Assembly: GCA_035294905.1 (NCBI GenBank) | Contig: DATGJX010000159.1 | Span: 1 to 63,371, forward strand | Source: Vulcanimicrobiaceae bacterium | GTDB lineage: Bacteria; Vulcanimicrobiota; Vulcanimicrobiia; Vulcanimicrobiales; Vulcanimicrobiaceae | Direction: 5' to 3' | DNA length: 63,371 bases | Shown here: in pieces, positions 9,542 to 17,372 of the stretch | Position numbering within the stretch: the first letter of the stretch is position 1 | How the letters are laid out: each line of letters begins with the position of its first letter | The notes under the pieces: model-generated | Database searches by the model: none | The model's input: the letters and a program-made list of their open reading frames with translations, nothing else | What the model was told of the DNA's origin: nothing | Position numbers and translations under genes: made by a program

Positions 9542-10373
9542 CAGCGCCGACGCCTATTGCCGGTTGCTGGCGACTCGGCACTACGAAAATTTCGCCGTGG
9601 CGTCCAAGATCGTCCCGGGCCGTATCCGCAAGGATCTCATGCGCTTTTACGGTTTTTGCCGCACCACCGACGATCTCGGCGATGAGAGCGGGTCGGCGCA
9701 GATTGCGCTCTCGCGGCTGGCGCGCTGGCGCGAGGAGACGCAGGCGTTCTTCGCAGGCGCATCGCCGGTGCATCCGGTGCTGATCGCGCTGCGGGAAACC
9801 GTCGCTCATTATGCGCTCGACGAACGACCCTTTCTCGATTTGATTGCGGCAAACGAGCAAGATCAGCGCGTGCACACCTATGCGAATTGGCCGCAGCTCG
9901 AGGCGTATTGCATGCTCTCCGCCGCCCCGGTCGGACGCGTCGTGCTGCGCTTTTTCGGCATCGCAAACAGCCTGACCGAAAAGCTTTCGGACGACGTGTG
10001 CATCGGTCTTCAGCTTGCCAATCACGCACAGGACGTAAGCCGTGACGCAACGATCGGCCGCCGCTACTTGCTTGACGAGGATGTCAGCGCTTATGGCCTG
10101 CGCGGCGCCGTCCGCGCTCTCGTCGAGCGCGCGCGTTCGTTGCTTGCATCCGGCAAGACGCTTGAAACCTTGGCGCCGGGTCCGCTCCGTCTGCAACTCG
10201 CACTCTACCGCCTGGGCGGCCTCGCCATTTGTGACGAGACGGTACGTTTGGGGTATGCAACGGAAGTGACCCGTCCCTCGGTATCGAAACGGGCGAAAGT
10301 GGGGATTCTTGCACGAGCCGTTTTGGAAGCGGCCCGCCGTCGCGCTGAGGTAACCAATGCTGAAACCGCTTGA
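9528..10373 (+). CDS. hpnC: squalene synthase HpnC (presqualene-PP to hydroxysqualene)
   Basis: YCRLLATRHYENFAVASKIVP..FYGFCRTTDDLGDE, squalene/phytoene synthase fold. First of the HpnC/HpnD pair. The ORF is open from 9495. Confidence 0.8.
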   Translation: MNEIDSADAYCRLLATRHYENFAVASKIVPGRIRKDLMRFYGFCRTTDDLGDESGSAQIALSRLARWREETQAFFAGASPVHPVLIALRETVAHYALDERPFLDLIAANEQDQRVHTYANWPQLEAYCMLSAAPVGRVVLRFFGIANSLTEKLSDDVCIGLQLANHAQDVSRDATIGRRYLLDEDVSAYGLRGAVRALVERARSLLASGKTLETLAPGPLRLQLALYRLGGLAICDETVRLGYATEVTRPSVSKRAKVGILARAVLEAARRRAEVTNAETA

Positions 10374-11259
10374 CGCGGTTCGCTACATGCGCCGGCCGCA
10401 AAGCGTCGAACAAGAAGCAGAGCGGTTCTGCGGGCAGATGGCGCGCCGCGAAGCGAAGAACTTCTATTGGGGTTTCATCTCGCTGCCGCACGACCAGCGC
10501 ATGGCAATTTACGCCCTCTACGACTTCGCGCGCCAAGTGGACGATGAAGTTGACGGCGCTCCGCAGCCCGATCTCATTCCGGAGCGTTTGGCCGCGCAGC
10601 GCGATCGCGTGCGCCGCACGTTTCTGCGCGATCCCGAAGTATCGGACGACGATCCGGTCATGCAGGTTCTTTCGAAGGCGGTGCAGCGCTACGCAATTCC
10701 GGAAAGCGAGTTGCAGGAACTCATCGACGGCGTCGAACGCGACTGTACGCAAACGCGCTACCGCACCTGGGAAGACCTGCGCGCGTATTGCAGGCTCGTC
10801 GCTTCCGTCGTGGGACGAATGTGCGTGCGAATCTTCGGGTTCAACGGCGACGAGGCGCTGTTACGCGCGGACGACCTCGGCCTCGCGCTGCAACTGACGA
10901 ATATCTTGCGCGACGTGCGCGAGGATGCGGAGATGGGCCGCATCTACTTGCCGCAAGAGGATTTGGATCGCTTCGGAATTACGGAAGAGGCGATGCTGAG
11001 CGTGCAGCCCGGCGCGGGATGGGATGCGCTCGTCGCTTTCGAATCGCAGCGGGCGCGGCAGCTTTTCAAGGCCGGCTATGAAGTGTTGCGGTACATTCCG
11101 CGGCGCCCGGCCGCATGCGTCCAGACGATGGCGGGCATTTACGAACGCTTGCTGCAAAAAATCGAACGCGATCCGCAGTTGCCGCTGCGCGAACGTGCCG
11201 CGCTCTCAAAAGGCGAGAAGCTCCAGGTAGTACTCGGTTCGTGGCTGTTCCCTGTGTAG
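10357..11259 (+). CDS. hpnD: presqualene diphosphate synthase HpnD
   Basis: NFYWGFISLPHDQRMAIYALYDFARQVDDEVD and NILRDVREDAEMGRIYLPQEDL. Confidence 0.85.
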   Translation: MLKPLDAVRYMRRPQSVEQEAERFCGQMARREAKNFYWGFISLPHDQRMAIYALYDFARQVDDEVDGAPQPDLIPERLAAQRDRVRRTFLRDPEVSDDDPVMQVLSKAVQRYAIPESELQELIDGVERDCTQTRYRTWEDLRAYCRLVASVVGRMCVRIFGFNGDEALLRADDLGLALQLTNILRDVREDAEMGRIYLPQEDLDRFGITEEAMLSVQPGAGWDALVAFESQRARQLFKAGYEVLRYIPRRPAACVQTMAGIYERLLQKIERDPQLPLRERAALSKGEKLQVVLGSWLFPV

Positions 11260-12518
11260 CAGTAGTCGGCGGAGGCCTCGCCGGGCTTTCCGCAGCGGTC
11301 GAATTGAAGGATGCGGGATGGCACGTTGAACTCTTCGAGCGCAGCCGTTTGCTGGGCGGCCGAGCCACGTCGTTTGAATTGGACGGCCACGTCGTCGACA
11401 ACGGACAGCATGTATATCTCGCGTGCTGCACGGAATTCATTCGATTCGTCGAGCGCGTCGGGATGGGCAGCGCGCTGCGTACGCAGGAACGCTTCGACGT
11501 GGTCGTTTATTCGAAGGACGGCGAGCGCAGCGAGCTTCGGGCGGCCGATCTGCCCGCACCGTTTCACGTTGTTGCATCGTTCGCGGGGTACAAGCATTTG
11601 CGGGCGCGCGGAAAACTCGAGATCGCTCGCGCGCTCTTTTCGCTGCGCGTGAATCCGCGCAGCGCGCGCGAGGACTTGAGCTTCGCGCAATGGCTGCGGC
11701 TGCAGCGGCAAGGAGGGCAAACGATTCGCAGCTTCTGGGAGCCGTTCATGGTTCCGGCGCTGAACGCGCCGCTAGAACGCATGAACGCCGCGGATGCGGC
11801 GTTCGTGATTTCAACGGCTTTTTTGCGCGATCGCGATGCGGCACGCTTCGGTTACTCGGCCGTTCCGCTGGCGCAAATCATGGAGAAGGCCGCGGAGCAG
11901 TTGGACGGCGTGCACCGCTCCTCCGCAGTGCTGGTGATGGAGGCCGACGCGCAGAGCGTCGTGTTTCGCACGTCCGAAGACGAACTGCGCTTTGACGCAG
12001 CCGTGCTCGCAGTGCCGCCGCGTTCGCTCGCGAAGCTGCTGGGTGAACCAGCGCGATTCGGCGTGCCGCCGCTGGACGTCTACGAGCCGTTCGCAATCAT
12101 GGACGTGCATCTCTGGTACGAGGGACAGGTGGACGTCGGCTTCGAGTTCGCGGCCATTTTGGACTCGCCCGTGCAGTGGGTCTTCAAAAAGGGCGACGGA
12201 TATCTGTGCTGCAGTATCAGCGCGGCGGACGAGCTCGTGAGCAAGGCGACGGCCGACATGGTCGAGGTCGCTTGGCGCGAAGTGCGGGCTGCATTGCCGC
12301 AACTGGCAGGCGCCCGGCTTATTCGTGGAGCAGCCACACGTAATCCGGAGGGTACGTATCTAGCGCGGCCCGGCGCACCACGCCCGGCTGCCCGGACGAC
12401 GCTGCCCAATCTGGCCATTGCGGGCGCATGGACTGCAACCGGCTGGCCCGATACCATGGAATCCGCCGTTCGCAGCGGCATTGCCGCCGCGAACGTCTTA
12501 CTGGGAGACAAACCATAG
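11241..12518 (+). CDS. hpnE: FAD-dependent hydroxysqualene dehydroxylase HpnE
   Basis: VAVVGGGLAGLSAAVELKDAGWHVELFE dinucleotide-binding motif directly after the GTG at 11241. Position between hpnD and shc. Confidence 0.8.
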   Translation: MAVPCVAVVGGGLAGLSAAVELKDAGWHVELFERSRLLGGRATSFELDGHVVDNGQHVYLACCTEFIRFVERVGMGSALRTQERFDVVVYSKDGERSELRAADLPAPFHVVASFAGYKHLRARGKLEIARALFSLRVNPRSAREDLSFAQWLRLQRQGGQTIRSFWEPFMVPALNAPLERMNAADAAFVISTAFLRDRDAARFGYSAVPLAQIMEKAAEQLDGVHRSSAVLVMEADAQSVVFRTSEDELRFDAAVLAVPPRSLAKLLGEPARFGVPPLDVYEPFAIMDVHLWYEGQVDVGFEFAAILDSPVQWVFKKGDGYLCCSISAADELVSKATADMVEVAWREVRAALPQLAGARLIRGAATRNPEGTYLARPGAPRPAARTTLPNLAIAGAWTATGWPDTMESAVRSGIAAANVLLGDKP

Positions 12519-14404
12519 CTAGCGCGCATCTCGATCGCGCCGTCGAATGGCTGCTCGAACGTCAGCATCCCGACGGCTGGTGGACCGACGAACTCGAAAC
12601 GAACGTCACGATGACGGCGGAGCACGTGCTGCTTCTGCGTTTTCTCGGCATTTCGCACGAGCCGATCCGCGAAGGTGCGATAGCGCACATTCTGCACCAT
12701 CAACGTGAAGACGGGTCGTGGGCGCTCTATTACGACGGCCCAGCGGATTTGAGCACGACCATCGAAGCCTACGTGGCGCTCAAAGTACTCGGCGTCGATC
12801 CCGCGGTAGACGAAATGCGCCGTGCGTTGAACGTGATCCGAAAGCTCGGCGGCCTTGCCGATGCGCGCGTCTTCACCAAGATCTGGATGGCGCTTTTTGG
12901 TAAGTATCCGTGGGATGGTATTCCGACGATGCCCCCCGAGATCGTGAAATTTCCGCCGTGGATGCCGTTCAATCTCTACGACTTTGCGTGTTGGGCGCGC
13001 GGAACTGTCGGGCCGTTGTGCGTGGTCATCGCGCGCCGTCCCATTCGCGAACTCGGCGTCGACGTCGACGAGGTGATCAATCCCGGTACGCACGCGCGCA
13101 TGCACGAAGTGCCCGGCCACGGCTGGCTGTGGTGGGTCGATAAAGCGCTCAAATTGTACGAACGCTCGCCGATAAAACCGGGACGCGAATCGGCATGCCG
13201 CAAGATGATTGAATGGATCGTGGAGCGGCAAGAAGCCGACGGGAGTTGGGGCGGCATTCAGCCGCCGTGGGTGTATTCGCTCGTCGCGCTCAATCTCGAA
13301 GGGTACGCGCTCGACCATCCCGTCGTGCAAAAGGGCTTGCACGGCATGGAACGGTTTGCGTTTTCCGATGAAACGGGATGGCGTTTTCAAGCATGCATGT
13401 CGCCGGTTTGGGACACCGCGTGGGCAATTCGCGCGTTGTATCAAGCGGGACTTCGCGCCGATCATCCGGCGATGCGCAAGGCCGTCGACTGGATGCTCAA
13501 AGAGCAGATCGCCGCAAATCAGTGGGGCGACTGGCAAGTGCGCCTCAAAGGCGTTCCCAACGGCGGCTGGGCGTTCGAGTTCGACAACGACATTTATCCC
13601 GACGTCGACGACACTGCGGTCATCGTGTGCTCGCTGATCGAAGGAGCGAAACCGGAAATCGCGCGTGATGCAATCGATCGCGCGGTGACGTGGACGCTCG
13701 AGATGCGATCGTCGAACGGCGCGTGGGCGGCGTTCGATCGCGACAACACCAGCGAAATTCTGTATCGAATGCCGTTTTCGGACTTCGGCGCGATGATCGA
13801 CCCGCCCACCGAAGACGTCACTGCGCACGTGCTGGAGATGCTGGCCCTGCTGGGGCGCGACGAGCGCGATCCCGACGTCGCGCGCGGCTTGAAATATTTG
13901 CGTGAAACGCAAAAGCCTTGGGGGTCCTGGTTCGGGCGCTGGGGCGTCAATCACATTTACGGCACGTGGTGCGTCGTATCGGCGCTCGCGCAATTGCGGT
14001 TAGGCCAGGACATGTTCGCGCGAGCAGTCGAGTGGGTGATTGCCAAACAAAATGCCGACGGCGGGTGGGGCGAAAGCTGCCATTCGTACGTCGACGAGTC
14101 GTTCGCCGGCATCGGCACGAGCACGGCCTCGCAAACCGCGTGGGCCGTGATGACGCTGCAATGGGCGGGTATGGGCAACCATCCGGCAGCTGAGCGCGGT
14201 TTAGAGTTCCTGCGCGCCGCGCAGCGTGCCGACGGAACCTGGGACGAGCCCTACTGCACGGGGACGGGCTTCCCGCGAGACTTCTATTTGAACTACCATA
14301 TGTACCGGCATCTCTTTCCGACGATGGCCCTGGCTATGGACCGGGACTCGAACGAGAAGACCGATGAGGGTACGCTCTCGACAAGGCAACAGGTACCAGC
14401 GTAG
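12428..14404 (+). CDS. shc: squalene-hopene cyclase
   Basis: DVDDTAVIV (DxDD) catalytic motif. Repeated QW motifs (QxxDGSW, QNADGGWG, QRADGTW). The ATG at 12428 overlaps hpnE by 91 nt; an ATA at 12515 overlaps the hpnE TAG. Confidence 0.9.
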   Translation: MDCNRLARYHGIRRSQRHCRRERLTGRQTIASAHLDRAVEWLLERQHPDGWWTDELETNVTMTAEHVLLLRFLGISHEPIREGAIAHILHHQREDGSWALYYDGPADLSTTIEAYVALKVLGVDPAVDEMRRALNVIRKLGGLADARVFTKIWMALFGKYPWDGIPTMPPEIVKFPPWMPFNLYDFACWARGTVGPLCVVIARRPIRELGVDVDEVINPGTHARMHEVPGHGWLWWVDKALKLYERSPIKPGRESACRKMIEWIVERQEADGSWGGIQPPWVYSLVALNLEGYALDHPVVQKGLHGMERFAFSDETGWRFQACMSPVWDTAWAIRALYQAGLRADHPAMRKAVDWMLKEQIAANQWGDWQVRLKGVPNGGWAFEFDNDIYPDVDDTAVIVCSLIEGAKPEIARDAIDRAVTWTLEMRSSNGAWAAFDRDNTSEILYRMPFSDFGAMIDPPTEDVTAHVLEMLALLGRDERDPDVARGLKYLRETQKPWGSWFGRWGVNHIYGTWCVVSALAQLRLGQDMFARAVEWVIAKQNADGGWGESCHSYVDESFAGIGTSTASQTAWAVMTLQWAGMGNHPAAERGLEFLRAAQRADGTWDEPYCTGTGFPRDFYLNYHMYRHLFPTMALAMDRDSNEKTDEGTLSTRQQVPA

Positions 14405-15412
14405 ATGAGCACACCGTTCGCACAGAAACTCGAAATTGCCAAGTACATCTTCGGCAAGAAGCTCAAAGGCGAGAAAAAGTATCCGCTCGTGATGGAACTC
14501 GAGCCGCTCTTTCAATGCAATTTGGCATGCGCGGGATGCGGCAAGATCCAGTATCCGAACGACATTCTGCGCAAGCGGCTGTCGGTGGAAGATTGCATCG
14601 CCGCGATCGAGGAATGCGGCGCACCGGTCATCTCCATTGCGGGCGGCGAGCCGCTCGTCTATGAAGAGCTTCCGCGTTTGGTCGACGAGCTGATCCAGCG
14701 TAAGAAGGTCGTCATCGTCTGCACGAACGCTCTGCTGCTCGAAAAGAAGATCGACAAGTTCAAACCGCATCCGCTTTTCACGTGGATGATCCATTTGGAC
14801 GGACTCAAAGAGCGTCACGACCAGGTCGTGTGCCGCGACGGCACGTTCGACAAAGCGGTCGCCGCGATCAAAGTCGCAAAGGCCAAGGGGTTCCGCGTAT
14901 CGACGAACACGACGTTCTTCGATCCCGATGATGCGAAGACGATTCGCGCGGTGCTCGACTATCTCAACGACGACCTGCAAGTCGACTCGATGCAGATTTC
15001 GCCCGGCTACGCCTACGAGAAAGCGCCGGACCAAGAGCACTTTCTCGGCGTCGAACGTACGCGCGCGATTTTCCGAGAAGCGTTCGCCGGCGGCAAGCGC
15101 AAGAAGTGGCGCCTGAATCACAGCCCCCTGTTCCTCGATTTCCTCGAGGGCAAACTCGACATGGAATGCACCCCGTGGGGAATCCCGTCGTACTCCATCT
15201 TCGGATGGCAGCGCCCGTGTTATCTGATGTCGGATGCGCCGTACGCGAAGACGTACAAGGAACTGATCGACGAAACGGATTGGGAGCTGTACGGTCGCGG
15301 CAAGAATCCGAAATGCGCGAACTGCATGGCGCACTGCGGTTACGAACCGACCGCCGTCGTCAAGACGACGTCTTCCATTAAGGAATCTATTCGCGCTGCG
15401 ATTGCGCATTAG
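14405..15412 (+). CDS. hpnH: radical SAM adenosylhopane synthase HpnH
   Basis: CNLACAGCGKIQY CxxxCxxC cluster motif. Starts immediately after the shc stop. Confidence 0.85.
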   Translation: MSTPFAQKLEIAKYIFGKKLKGEKKYPLVMELEPLFQCNLACAGCGKIQYPNDILRKRLSVEDCIAAIEECGAPVISIAGGEPLVYEELPRLVDELIQRKKVVIVCTNALLLEKKIDKFKPHPLFTWMIHLDGLKERHDQVVCRDGTFDKAVAAIKVAKAKGFRVSTNTTFFDPDDAKTIRAVLDYLNDDLQVDSMQISPGYAYEKAPDQEHFLGVERTRAIFREAFAGGKRKKWRLNHSPLFLDFLEGKLDMECTPWGIPSYSIFGWQRPCYLMSDAPYAKTYKELIDETDWELYGRGKNPKCANCMAHCGYEPTAVVKTTSSIKESIRAAIAH

Positions 15413-15441
15413 ACCTGCGGCTTTGGCTCCCTCGCCCCTTT

Positions 15442-15474
15442 GCGCTCTCAAACGCCATCCATGGCGTAGAGCGC
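15442..15474 (+). terminator. long interrupted hairpin in the hpnH-hpnA spacer (REP-like or attenuating structure)
   Basis: gcgctct-caa-acgccat-cc-atggcgt-agagcgc. No U-tract. Confidence 0.35.
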
Positions 15475-15531
15475 AAATTCACACGCGCCCAAATGCCACT
15501 CCCTCGCGCCAAAACCTTTCGCCCATAACAC

Positions 15532-16533
15532 GTGGCTGACAAAGTATTCCTTACTGGAAGCAGTGGGTTCGTCGGCGGACATGTTCTCCGCGAACTATTA
15601 GCAGCGGGATATGAAGTAAAAGCGCTAGTGCGTCCGCGTCATCCTGAGGTATCGAAGGACCCCGAGCCTGTCGAGGGGCGCGTCGAGTTTCTCGAAGGCG
15701 ATCTTGAAAATGTCGGCGCGTGGGCGAGGGCGTTGGATGGATGCCGCTATGTCGTGCATTGTGCGGCGCTCTACTCGTTTGCGCCGCGCGATCGTGGCGC
15801 GGTGCATCGCGTGAACGTCATCGGTACGTCGGGATTGGTCGAAGCGGCGCGCGTTGCCGGGGTCGAGCGGGTTGTGCTCACGTCGAGCTCGGCGACGCTT
15901 GGTGCGGGGCGTGATGGGCGGCCGCGAACGGAAGAAGACTACGCTCCGGAAGGGCGGAGCGGCGGGTATCATCATTCAAAACTGGATCAGGAGCGTGCTG
16001 CGTTTGCTGGACGCGTGCCCGTCGTTGCATTGCTGCCAACGGCGCCCGTTGGTCCCGGTGATTGGAAGCCGACGCCTACGGGGCAGATGATTCTGGATTT
16101 TGCCCGCGGCAAGATGTTCGCGAAGCCGCCGCGCGGCGGTTTGAACCTCGTGCCGGTCGAGGACGTCGCGCGCGCGCACGTTATTGCGCTGCAGCAGGGT
16201 ATTTCGGGTGAACGCTATATTCTCGGCGGCGAGAACTTGTTGCTCGATGACGTGTGGCAACTGCTGTCCGATGTAACCGGGAAGCCGATGCCGCGCTGGC
16301 GCGTTCCCGATGCGTTGGCGCTTTCCATTGCGTATGCCGACGAAGCGCGGTGCCGCGTTCAACCGGGCGCGCATCCGTTCGTTCCGGTCGAAGGCGTACG
16401 CATGTCACGCGAACGGATGTTTGCCGACAGTTCGAAAGCGTCGCGCGAATTGGATTTCCATCCAGGCCGCGTGCGTGACGCCCTCGAACGCGCCGTACGC
16501 TGGTATCGCGAGCGCGGGTACGTATCATCGTAA
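15532..16533 (+). CDS. hpnA: hopanoid-associated NAD-dependent sugar epimerase/dehydratase HpnA
   Basis: FLTGSSGFVGGHV Rossmann motif, YHHSK catalytic YxxxK, cluster position. Confidence 0.8.
   Translation: MADKVFLTGSSGFVGGHVLRELLAAGYEVKALVRPRHPEVSKDPEPVEGRVEFLEGDLENVGAWARALDGCRYVVHCAALYSFAPRDRGAVHRVNVIGTSGLVEAARVAGVERVVLTSSSATLGAGRDGRPRTEEDYAPEGRSGGYHHSKLDQERAAFAGRVPVVALLPTAPVGPGDWKPTPTGQMILDFARGKMFAKPPRGGLNLVPVEDVARAHVIALQQGISGERYILGGENLLLDDVWQLLSDVTGKPMPRWRVPDALALSIAYADEARCRVQPGAHPFVPVEGVRMSRERMFADSSKASRELDFHPGRVRDALERAVRWYRERGYVSS
15638..15678 (+). repeat. dispersed repeat box embedded in frame in hpnA
   Basis: gtcatcctgaggtatcgaaggaccccgagc (15638-15667) is identical over 30 nt to intergenic 47722-47751. 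The following ctgtcgagggg is also related. Confidence 0.85.
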
Positions 16534-16553
16534 CAATCGTCGCCGCGACGAGC

Positions 16554-17120
16554 GTGGAAGCGCGAGCCGTGCGGCGTTTTGCTTCCGGCGGCGTTCAGGT
16601 CGTCGAAAGCGGCGTCGCACTTCGGACGCAATCCTGCGTCGAAGGCGATCTCGCAATCAGCTGCGGCCTTGCGGGGGGACTTCGCCCGGATTTACCGACG
16701 GGAGCAGTGCTGGTACCCGAGCGCGTGCTTCGACCCGACGGCGGCGAAATGCAGTGTGATGAACCTGCGGTAAACGCGCTCACGAATGCTGCTCTGCAAC
16801 TCGGACATCGCGTGATTCACGAGCCGCTCGTCACGAGTCATACGTTTGTGTCTGGGGAAGAACGCGCGATTTGGGCTGCGCGCGGTTACGCCGGCGTCGA
16901 CATGGAAACCGGCCTGTTACGCGCCTCGCGTATCGCGTGCGTGCGAGTCGTTTTGGACACGCCGCAGCGCGAGATTTCGCCCGCATGGCTGCACCCTGCA
17001 CGCGCGATCCTGCAGCCGCGCGCATGGCGCGATTTGCCGTTTCTCATGCGCGAAGGTCCGCGATGTTCCAATATCGCGGCGCAAATCGCGGCAGCTGCAG
17101 CAGACCAGCTCCAACGCTGA
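16554..17120 (+). CDS. hpnG: hopanoid-associated nucleosidase/phosphorylase HpnG (PNP_UDP family); start probably upstream and non-canonical
   Basis: GYAGVDMETG motif. The frame is open from 16479 and encodes IIVTIVAATS (first beta-strand) before the first canonical start, GTG at 16554. Confidence 0.75.
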   Translation: MEARAVRRFASGGVQVVESGVALRTQSCVEGDLAISCGLAGGLRPDLPTGAVLVPERVLRPDGGEMQCDEPAVNALTNAALQLGHRVIHEPLVTSHTFVSGEERAIWAARGYAGVDMETGLLRASRIACVRVVLDTPQREISPAWLHPARAILQPRAWRDLPFLMREGPRCSNIAAQIAAAAADQLQR

Positions 17121-17161
17121 ATTGCTTGCGCACGCGTGCCGGCACGAGTGCGACCACAGAT

Positions 17162-17341
17162 CTATTTATGCGCCTCGCAAAGCGTGACGTCGATGAGCGA
17201 ACCGGCGATGATCTCGCCCTGGCATCCGCACGGCCAGCGCCACTTGCGCACGTAGGTGCACGCGGTGTCGATGGTTCCGCGCTCAACGGTGCTGGAAGGG
17301 CTGCCCAAACGCGTGGTGACGGCGTCGGTATTTGCGACCAT
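17162..17341 (-). CDS. small Cys-rich hypothetical protein (59 aa)
   Basis: MVANTDAV..CTYVRKWRWPCGCQGEIIAGSLIDVTLCEAHK. Very high third-position GC. Lies 31 nt downstream of the GGDEF-EAL gene on the same strand. Below the 60-aa cut-off of the ORF track. Confidence 0.45.
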   Translation of the reverse strand: MVANTDAVTTRLGSPSSTVERGTIDTACTYVRKWRWPCGCQGEIIAGSLIDVTLCEAHK

Positions 17342-17372
17342 CGTAGGATTGCTTACCCACGATGGCTGAGGC

